From an uncultured Verrucomicrobiota bacterium (lineage in GTDB: Bacteria; Verrucomicrobiota; Kiritimatiellia; CAIKKV01; CAYSLU01): a stretch of 64,000 bases of DNA. The stretch's first letter is position 1. Every line of letters begins with the position of its first letter. Under the pieces are notes generated by a model. The model saw only the letters and a list, made by a program, of their open reading frames with translations. It searched no databases and was not told where the DNA came from. The DNA is taken from assembly GCA_964431965.1 (NCBI GenBank), contig CAYSLU010000021.1:1698-65697 (forward strand), written 5' to 3'. A program made the position numbers and the translations under genes. This document shows positions 55,854 through 64,000 of this stretch, one piece after another.

Positions 55854-57428
55854 TCAGTTGGCGTCGCGTCGTCCCAGAATGCGGAGGACGGTCGCCGCCT
55901 GCCCGAAGCTCGGAACATCCCGGACGGGGCGGTAGACCCGGAGCACCTCGCCCCAGAGCCGGTCCTGCTCGGACTGCGGGAGCTCCGCGACCGCCGGGCA
56001 GGAGATCGACAGGCTGTACCCGCTCAGGGCCGCCACCGGCGCGCCCGCGTCCCGGATCAGGGCGAGCAGCATTGGGGTGTTGACCACGTGCACGCGCTGG
56101 CACCGGTCATCCGACCACCCCGGGTAATAGCTGAAGGGGCCCAGCTCCAGGCCGGACGGGACCCGCCGGTTCGCTTCCACCGCCAGGTACATGTCCTGCG
56201 TCAGGATTCGATCCGCCGGCTCCGTCATTCCCCGTATCCCGGCGGCCACGCGCTGCAGCTTGCGCAGCGGGGGCTCGTCCTTGAGCCGCCACCAGATGCG
56301 ATCGCGGCCCTGGATGAACCAGCCCTGATTGATGGGGGACGAGCACGCGGCGGCGATGCTCGCGAGCAGGACGGCCGTGCAGATCCACGCCCGCACGGGG
56401 CCGCTCCCCGCGCCGCGGAACACAGCCAGCGCGAGGGCGACGGCAAAAAGGGGAAACGCCATCACCTGGTAGTCTTCGTACGGCACCGGTGCGGCTATGT
56501 GCACGGCGGTCAGCGCGGCCGCGGCCGCCCACAGCGCTCGCGGCAGCCACGGCGCCGGGGACTCGTCCGGTTCCCCGGCCACCCGCGAAAGGCCAAATCC
56601 ACGCGCCAGCACCAGGACGGCCCAGAGAGCGGCGGCGACGAAGTACGCCTGGACGAGCCGGGATATGAACCCGGCCTTGTAGACCAGCATCTGCATCGGA
56701 GCCCCGCCGTCCCGCGACGTATGATAGGTGAGCAGGCCGAAGAGGAACCCGTCGGGCGCGGCCAGCAGGAACGGCCCGAAAAGCGCCGCCGCCCCGGCCG
56801 CTGCGCCCGCCGCGAACCCCGCCGCCGCCGGCCACCGCTTCCGCCCGTCCGCCGCCATGAGGAGGAAGACCACGGGCAGGACGATTCCGGCCGAAACGCG
56901 CGTTGCGGCCGCGGCCATCATGGCGGCGCCTGCCCCTGCGGCGGCTGGCACGGCCCAGCGCTTCCCGCGGACGGTCAGCAGCAGAAAGCCGCCGGCCAGC
57001 ATGAGGCTGGACAGCGAGTAGGTCTTCACGACGGTCGTGTAGTAGCTGTGATAGACGTTGACCGCGATCAGGGAGAAGGCCGCCGCGGCTACGAACGGCC
57101 GCGCCGGGCCCGAGGCGAGCCGGCCCGCCAGCCATGCGGCCAAGCCGGCGGCCGCCAGGCCCATGATGGCCGTGAAGAGGCGCCCGCCCGCCACTCCCCA
57201 CGCATCAACCAGTGGGGCGGCCAGGGCGTAGGCATAGGCCATGAACGGGCCTTGCGTGAAGGCGAAATCGCGGTAGGGGACCTGCCCGTCCGCGACGAGC
57301 CGGGCCGCGTACAGATACCAGCCCTCGTCCTGGTTGAGATCGCCCAGGTACAGGTTGGCGGCGGACAGCGCGAGGGCCGTTCCGGCGGCGGCCGCCCACA
57401 GCCCGATCATGAGTGCCTTGCGCGGCAT
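55854..57428 (-). CDS. GT-C fold (ArnT/PMT-like) membrane glycosyltransferase
   Basis: NQDEGWYLY..GQVPYRDF..QGP after TM1, about 11 TM, periplasmic C-domain. Confidence 0.75.
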   Translation of the reverse strand: MPRKALMIGLWAAAAGTALALSAANLYLGDLNQDEGWYLYAARLVADGQVPYRDFAFTQGPFMAYAYALAAPLVDAWGVAGGRLFTAIMGLAAAGLAAWLAGRLASGPARPFVAAAAFSLIAVNVYHSYYTTVVKTYSLSSLMLAGGFLLLTVRGKRWAVPAAAGAGAAMMAAAATRVSAGIVLPVVFLLMAADGRKRWPAAAGFAAGAAAGAAALFGPFLLAAPDGFLFGLLTYHTSRDGGAPMQMLVYKAGFISRLVQAYFVAAALWAVLVLARGFGLSRVAGEPDESPAPWLPRALWAAAAALTAVHIAAPVPYEDYQVMAFPLFAVALALAVFRGAGSGPVRAWICTAVLLASIAAACSSPINQGWFIQGRDRIWWRLKDEPPLRKLQRVAAGIRGMTEPADRILTQDMYLAVEANRRVPSGLELGPFSYYPGWSDDRCQRVHVVNTPMLLALIRDAGAPVAALSGYSLSISCPAVAELPQSEQDRLWGEVLRVYRPVRDVPSFGQAATVLRILGRRDAN

Positions 57429-57474
57429 GCTCGTCCTTTCCCCGTCAGGCGGCCCCGCTCCCCGGCCCGGCTCC

Positions 57475-58053
57475 TCAGGAGCCCGGGTGTACCGCCGGAA
57501 TCTTTCGGGCGCAGAGCGGACAGGCGGCCGGCTCGTAGGTGACTGGTTCCATCTTCAGGAGGCTGAACGTCGGATAGGGGAACCGGGCCTTGCCGCCGCT
57601 GCGGTCCACCAGCACGGCGACCGCTCCCACCTTCCCCCCCGCCGCCTCGACGATATCAATGGTCTCCTGCACCCGCCCGCCGCGGGTGATCACGTCTTCG
57701 GCCACCACGAAGACCTCTCCCGGGGCGACTCGGAATCCTCTCCGGAGCACCAGCTTGTTGTTTTCCTTCTCGGCGAAGTAGGACTTCGTATCCAGCGCCT
57801 TGGCGATCTCGTGCCCCACGAACAGCCCGCCCATCGCCGGCGCGATTACCCCGTCGGGCTTCCACGACGCCCCGAGGCTCCGGCGCATCTGCTCCGTGAG
57901 CGCCCCGCAGAGCCGCTCGGCGATGCGCGGGTGCTGGAGCACCATGGCACACTGGAAGAACTGGTCGCTATGCAGGCCGGATCGCAGCTCGAAGTGCCCC
58001 TGCAGCAGGGCGCTGGTTTCGCGGAACACGCTGAGAATGTCCTCTGGGGTCAT
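57475..58053 (-). CDS. pyrE: Orotate phosphoribosyltransferase
   Basis: GHFELRSGLHS, PAMGG, VAEDVITRGG, VDRS, CPLC..PGS. Confidence 0.95.
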   Translation of the reverse strand: MTPEDILSVFRETSALLQGHFELRSGLHSDQFFQCAMVLQHPRIAERLCGALTEQMRRSLGASWKPDGVIAPAMGGLFVGHEIAKALDTKSYFAEKENNKLVLRRGFRVAPGEVFVVAEDVITRGGRVQETIDIVEAAGGKVGAVAVLVDRSGGKARFPYPTFSLLKMEPVTYEPAACPLCARKIPAVHPGS

Positions 58054-58350
58054 CTGCCTCTCCTGGCCCGGCGCCGGCCGGCGGGTTGCTTCAAATCGGT
58101 CGCGTACACTATCATGGCCCGGTTGCGGTTCCAAGAGCTACGCGGCGTGAACGGCACGGGTGTCAGTGATGGGCGGGTCGGAACGGCGGAGACCGCCGGT
58201 CTCCACGGAACGAGGCCAAGCGGGCTCGCTTGGAGCCGGCCGTCCCCGGCCGGTTCGGGCTCCTTCCCCCCTCCCGACACGGGCCCAGTGCAGAGAGCGG
58301 CCGGAAGGCGGGCGGCCGATACGCCAGGCCTCCGGCGGGGGAGGACGGCC

Positions 58351-59628
58351 ATGTGCGAATCGATGAGTGAGGTGCTGGAGCGGTATCAGGTCGCGAATCT
58401 CGGCGTCCTCTCGGCGCCCGCCCCGAGGTCGGCGCTGGCAGACGACGAGATCCGGGATGCGCTCCGCCGGCCGGTCTGGAGCGGCGCGGGCGCCGGAGCG
58501 GCGTGGAGCCGGGTTGCGCCCGGCGAACGAACGTGCATCGTCGTCTCCGACCACACGCGCAAGACGGGCGCCAGCCGCGTCCTGCCGATCTTACTGGACG
58601 GGCTCTTCGCGCGTGGATGCTCGGCCGGGGATCTGTTCATCCTCTTTGCATCGGGCATTCATCGTCGGCCGAAGAGCGAGGAGATCGATCGGATTCTCGG
58701 GCCCGACGTCGCACGCGCGTTCGCCGGGCGGATCTTCTTCCACGATGCGGATGCCTCCGCGGGCCTGGTTGATGTGGGAGCCACCCCTCGGGGGCACCGC
58801 GTGCGGCTGAACCGCCTGGCCGTCGAAGCCCGGCGGCTGATCCTGGTCGGCGCCGCCACCTATCACTACCACGCCGGCTTCGGAGGCGGGCGGAAGTCGC
58901 TCGTACCCGGGTTGGCCGGTCGCGAAACCATCGCGTGGAACCATAGCCTTACCCTCGATCCGGATGCCGATCGGATCCACCCCGCCGTCCGGATCGGCAA
59001 CACGGATGGGAACCCCGTTGCGGAGGAGATGCTGGCAGGCGCCCGGCTCCGCCCGCCCGACGCGATCGTCAACACCGTGCTTTCTCCGGCGGGCGAGGTG
59101 GTCGGAGTGTTTGCCGGGGATATGGAGCCGGCGCACCGGGCGGCCTGCGCGCTCGTGGAGCGGGTGAGCCGCGTGGATATCCGGGAGGCGGCCGACTTGG
59201 TGATCGCCTCGGCCGGCTCCGCCTCCAACTGGGTCCAGTCACACAAGGCGCTGTTCAACGCGTCGCGTGCAGTCGGCGCCGAAGGGCGTATCATCCTGCT
59301 GGCGCCGTGTCCCGATGGGCTGGGCGACGAGGGCTTCCGCCGATGGGCGCGCCTGCGCGATGTCCGCGATATCTACCGCGGCCTGCGTCAGGCTCCCGAG
59401 GTGCTGGGGCAGACGGCGTTGTCGACGCGCGAGCGGGGCGCTCGAACGATCGCGGTCACCGGCATGGGGGCGGACGACGTGTCGGATCTGGGCATCGAGA
59501 CGGCGCCCGATCTCGATGCGGCGGTTTGTGATTCGCTGGCGCGGCTGCGCGAGCGCGTGGGAGGCCGAACGCCCACCTGTTACCTCATGCCCGAGGCGAT
59601 GTCCGTCGTCCCGTTCCTCAGCCCTTGA
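58351..59628 (+). CDS. LarA-family nickel-pincer racemase/epimerase
   Basis: SDHTR, ASGIHR, HYHAGFGGGRKS..PG, WNH, APCPDGLG. Confidence 0.85.
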   Translation: MCESMSEVLERYQVANLGVLSAPAPRSALADDEIRDALRRPVWSGAGAGAAWSRVAPGERTCIVVSDHTRKTGASRVLPILLDGLFARGCSAGDLFILFASGIHRRPKSEEIDRILGPDVARAFAGRIFFHDADASAGLVDVGATPRGHRVRLNRLAVEARRLILVGAATYHYHAGFGGGRKSLVPGLAGRETIAWNHSLTLDPDADRIHPAVRIGNTDGNPVAEEMLAGARLRPPDAIVNTVLSPAGEVVGVFAGDMEPAHRAACALVERVSRVDIREAADLVIASAGSASNWVQSHKALFNASRAVGAEGRIILLAPCPDGLGDEGFRRWARLRDVRDIYRGLRQAPEVLGQTALSTRERGARTIAVTGMGADDVSDLGIETAPDLDAAVCDSLARLRERVGGRTPTCYLMPEAMSVVPFLSP

Positions 59629-60112
59629 AGATCACGAATTTCCGCATCGCGTAGTTGATGAGCAGCGCGCTCACCAGGTTGGCGCAGAAGGCCACAGTGG
59701 TCATCATGCCGTAATAGCGGATGAGGAAGCCCATGATCGACGTTCCGACGAATATGCTGACGCCCGAGACCGCGTAGAACATGGCGATCTCGACCACGGG
59801 ATGGTGCCGCCCCGGCTTGAATACCCACAGGATGTTCAGGATATAAGCGGTGAGATTCGAGACGAGAAACGCCAGGAAGTTGTCGATCATCGAGTTCCGC
59901 GACCGGATCGCATCGGACACCTCCTGCACGGGCATGTGAAGCAGGCCGGCCACGACATCGTTGCCGCTCAAGGCCGGCATGAGCTTCCAGGCGAGGAGGT
60001 AGAAGAGGCAGATGTGAACGGCCGTGGCGACGCCGCCGGAGATGCCGTACTTGATGAACTGGACGAGCGGCCCGGCGTCGCGTTGCTTGAACTGCTGAAG
60101 GAGATCATTCAT
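59618..60112 (-). CDS. GtrA-family small flippase
   Basis: QFIKYGISGG, AYILN..WVF, NYAMRKFVIF; 4 TM. Confidence 0.85.
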   Translation of the reverse strand: MNDLLQQFKQRDAGPLVQFIKYGISGGVATAVHICLFYLLAWKLMPALSGNDVVAGLLHMPVQEVSDAIRSRNSMIDNFLAFLVSNLTAYILNILWVFKPGRHHPVVEIAMFYAVSGVSIFVGTSIMGFLIRYYGMMTTVAFCANLVSALLINYAMRKFVIFKG

Positions 60113-60128
60113 GTCATGTGCTCCGGAA

Positions 60129-60752
60129 ATGGCGCGAAATGATGGGCCACCCCGGCGGGCCTGTAAACAAGAAACGCGGCCCAATCGTCTGCCGGCCGAG
60201 GCGGCCGCCTGGGTCCGGCGGCTGAAGCTCCGGCCCCATCCGGAGGGCGGATGGTTCCGCGAAACCTACCGCTCGGCACAATCCATCCCGGCCTCCGGCC
60301 TTCCGGCGCGGTTCGGCGGGGCGCGGGCGATCTCGACGGCCATCTACTTTCTGCTGCCCGGCGGCGCGTACTCAGCCTTCCACCGGATCCGATCCGACGA
60401 ACTCTGGCACTTCCACGCCGGCGATCCGCTGACGATTCACGTCATTGCATCCGACGGGTGCCTCAGCCGGATCCGGCTGGGCGCCGACCCGCGTTGGGGA
60501 GCGCGCTTCCAAGCCAGCGTTCCGGCCGGCGCCTGGTTTGCCGCCGAACTCGGACCGCGAGGGCGATATGCCCTGGTTGGCTGCACGGTGGCCCCGGGAT
60601 TCGATTTTTGCGACTTCGAGCTGGCCGAGCGCGGGGCGCTGATGAGTGCGTTCCCTCGGCACCGGGCGCTGATCGGCCGGTTGACCCGCTCAGTCATCGA
60701 TTCTACGAGCCGCTCGACCATGCGGGGCAAGTCAGGCAGTCGCGCTCGCTGA
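60129..60752 (+). CDS. Cupin_5 (DUF985) protein; start uncertain
   Basis: LRPHPEGGWFRET, TAIYFLL, HRIRSDELWHFHAG, VGCTVAPGFDF.DFE. Confidence 0.88.
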   Translation: MARNDGPPRRACKQETRPNRLPAEAAAWVRRLKLRPHPEGGWFRETYRSAQSIPASGLPARFGGARAISTAIYFLLPGGAYSAFHRIRSDELWHFHAGDPLTIHVIASDGCLSRIRLGADPRWGARFQASVPAGAWFAAELGPRGRYALVGCTVAPGFDFCDFELAERGALMSAFPRHRALIGRLTRSVIDSTSRSTMRGKSGSRAR

Positions 60753-60947
60753 GCCGGAACGATGCGGTTGCTGACTGGTGCCCGGTGGCCCGCGACCTCC
60801 GGGCGCGGGCCACCTTTGTTGATCTCGTCTCGGCCGTCAACCACGTGCCATCAGCGGCGTCCGTGTCGGCGGGGCAAAACTGTTGCATTTCGAGGGGTCC
60901 GGCGTAGCATGAACGACGTTGAGCGCCCAGCGGGGAGGGGAAATGAC

Positions 60948-61490
60948 GTGCGTGTCAATCGGAACGTGCTGGCTGGGGCCATGGCGGCTGCCGTGGCGTG
61001 CATGTGCGGACTCGCCGGATGCGAGGGCGATGACTCCAAGGGCAATCCCGTGGCCATCAGTCCGACCGCGGCGACGATCGGGCCGGGAGACGTCCTCGAA
61101 CTCACCGTCCACGGCGGTAGCGTGACCGCGTGGCATGAGTCACATCCGGGCTGGGGGCGGATCAAGGCGATCGCGCCGAACCGCGTCACGTACACCAGCG
61201 CGTACACCCCGGGCGGGGCGGACGAGCTGCAGATCCTGAAGGCCGACGTCACCGTGTCCGTCGATCCGCCGCGTTCGGCCACGGCCGAGGCCTACATCAC
61301 GCACCGCGGGGCGCAGTCGAGTTCGACCACCACAACGACCACCACAACCGGGGGATCGACGACGACGAGCACCGGCGCGGGCAGCACGACGACTACGACG
61401 GCCGCCGCGACGACCACCACCACGACCGTTGTTGCGACCACCACGACCACTACGACGACGACTTCGGTCGCGCCTCCGCTTCCGGGGTGA
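60948..61490 (+). CDS. Lipoprotein with small Ig-like domain and Thr-rich C-terminal tail
   Basis: GGGAGGGG RBS, lipobox LAGC, ISPTAATIGPG, about 50-aa poly-Thr tail. Confidence 0.7.
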   Translation: MRVNRNVLAGAMAAAVACMCGLAGCEGDDSKGNPVAISPTAATIGPGDVLELTVHGGSVTAWHESHPGWGRIKAIAPNRVTYTSAYTPGGADELQILKADVTVSVDPPRSATAEAYITHRGAQSSSTTTTTTTTGGSTTTSTGAGSTTTTTAAATTTTTTVVATTTTTTTTTSVAPPLPG

Positions 61491-61553
61491 GGCGGTGTCC
61501 GATTTCGATGCGGTGGCTTGAAACGGCTTGAAAAGCGGGGTGCCCTCCTCTAA

Positions 61554-62882
<1,329 letters not shown>

Positions 62883-62970
62883 TCGAGCGGCGTCGAGCGG
62901 AGCGGCCGGGGCGCGGGCGGGTCAGCCCGTGCCGCCGGCGGATGGGCATGTCACCGGACAGGAATCGCGG

Positions 62971-63282
62971 TTGAACTACTGGGTCGTCATCTACCGGGTG
63001 GCGTGGGTCATGCTGGTCATCCTGTGCGTGATCGGCCTCACGTGCATCTTCCTGCCCAAGTGCCAGCAGTATCGCGAGCTCCAGATCCGCAAGGGGAAGC
63101 TCGGGCAGGAGACCGCGCAGATCGAGGCGGGCATCAAGGGGCTTCAGGCCAACGAGGAACGTCTTCAGACCGATCGCGGGTTCGTCGAGCGCACCGCGCG
63201 CGAGCTCGGAATGGTCAAGCCCGGCGAAACCGTTTACCGCGTGACGCGAGAGGCGTCGAACACCATCGGCGGGACCCGGTGA
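62971..63282 (+). CDS. ftsB: Septum formation initiator (FtsB/DivIC family)
   Basis: TM + coiled coil + VERTARELGMVKPGE; follows eno. Confidence 0.8.
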   Translation: MNYWVVIYRVAWVMLVILCVIGLTCIFLPKCQQYRELQIRKGKLGQETAQIEAGIKGLQANEERLQTDRGFVERTARELGMVKPGETVYRVTREASNTIGGTR

Positions 63283-64000
63283 GCCGGCTGATGACATGGC
63301 GCGGCGGCGTAGCGGCGTGCGTCCTTGCAGGCTTGCTTTCGGCCGGCGGATGCGTCAGGATACAAGAAGAATTGACGCTGAACGCGGACGGTTCAGGGCG
63401 GCTTCGGCTCGTGTACGCGATGTCGGAGCAGTCCTTGGCGCAGATCGACAGCGCGGTCGGCCTCGCCCGTCAGATGGACGCGGCGGCGGGGTCCAATGTG
63501 GTGGCGGGCGCGGACCGCGACCTTGAGAACCCCTTGTTCTTTGAAGAGGACCGGATTTCGCGTGCCTTCCGGAAGTACCGGGATGGCGGGGTGACCTTGG
63601 ATGCCGTCAAGGTCTCCGTGCGCGAGGGATGGAAGTACGCGGACCTGACGATCAGCTTCCGCAGCCTGGATGCGCTGTCGCGTCTCTGGCTGTTCGAGAA
63701 CAGCGTGATCACGGTGAAGCGGACGCCGGAAGGCAACTACCTCCTGTATCAGCAACCGGTCAATTTCGCGGGCGATGTGGATCTTCGGGATCCGGCGGTG
63801 ATGCGGGACTTGGGACCGCTGTTGTCCGGCTTTCAAGTTTCGGTGAAGATCGAGTCGCCGGCGCGGGTGATGGATAGCAATGCCTTACGCCAAGCGGACC
63901 GGACGGTTCAGTGGGACGCGAATCTCGACCGCGATCCCGCGTCGCTCGGCCGGTTGCAGGCTGGGGGGTTGTACGTGGTTCTGAACGGTTCGGAGATCAC
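63279..64000 (+). CDS. Lipoprotein (LppM-like), 3' truncated; absent from the ORF track because it runs off the window
   Basis: GTGA overlap; MSRLMTWRGGVAACVLAGLLSAGG-C-VRIQEELTLNADGSG, frame open to the window end. Confidence 0.7.
   Translation, partial: MSRLMTWRGGVAACVLAGLLSAGGCVRIQEELTLNADGSGRLRLVYAMSEQSLAQIDSAVGLARQMDAAAGSNVVAGADRDLENPLFFEEDRISRAFRKYRDGGVTLDAVKVSVREGWKYADLTISFRSLDALSRLWLFENSVITVKRTPEGNYLLYQQPVNFAGDVDLRDPAVMRDLGPLLSGFQVSVKIESPARVMDSNALRQADRTVQWDANLDRDPASLGRLQAGGLYVVLNGSEI

Noticed and set aside
61465-61490. PPLPG end of the Thr-rich lipoprotein as an LPxTG or PEP-CTERM sorting signal
   Set aside because: No following transmembrane helix or basic cluster

Overview
High-GC bacterial chromosomal window, probably a PVC-superphylum organism (Kiritimatiellia/Lentisphaeria/Verrucomicrobia-like; inferred from gene style, not proven). 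It is dominated by cell-envelope glycan genes. (i) 1-23.2 kb, + strand: a polysaccharide biosynthesis cluster with an epimerase, an O-antigen-ligase-like protein, cysC-cysD-cysNC for PAPS synthesis, Wzx, Wzy-like, several GT4s (one split in two), AsnB, a DUF362-CapK-GT4-DUF362 cassette, WecB/TagA, an exosortase and EpsI. (ii) 40.7-54.3 kb, - strand: an export cluster with an OM beta-barrel, a 1346-aa exosortase-TPR fusion, Wza, Wzc, a priming sugar transferase, a ligase-like protein, a second EpsI-like protein and a degenerate PHP protein. Between them lie a second priming transferase, a prc-dapF-NTT-UROD-GH42-like run, NikR plus a Ni/Co ECF transporter (with an operator and a decayed OM-barrel remnant), gmhB, malic enzyme, a tandem nucleotidyltransferase and PilZ. 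A complete IS1202-like element (TGT...ACA, 16-bp target duplication) sits at 54405-55818. The right end holds a GT-C, pyrE, a LarA-family protein, GtrA, a cupin, a Thr-rich lipoprotein, eno, ftsB and a truncated lipoprotein. The strongest candidates for undescribed biology are the exosortase-TPR fusion with its two-exosortase glycan-export system, the DUF362/CapK/AsnB/PAPS glycan-tailoring set, and the NTT-UROD-GH42-like module. All calls come from reading motifs by eye; no searches were run.
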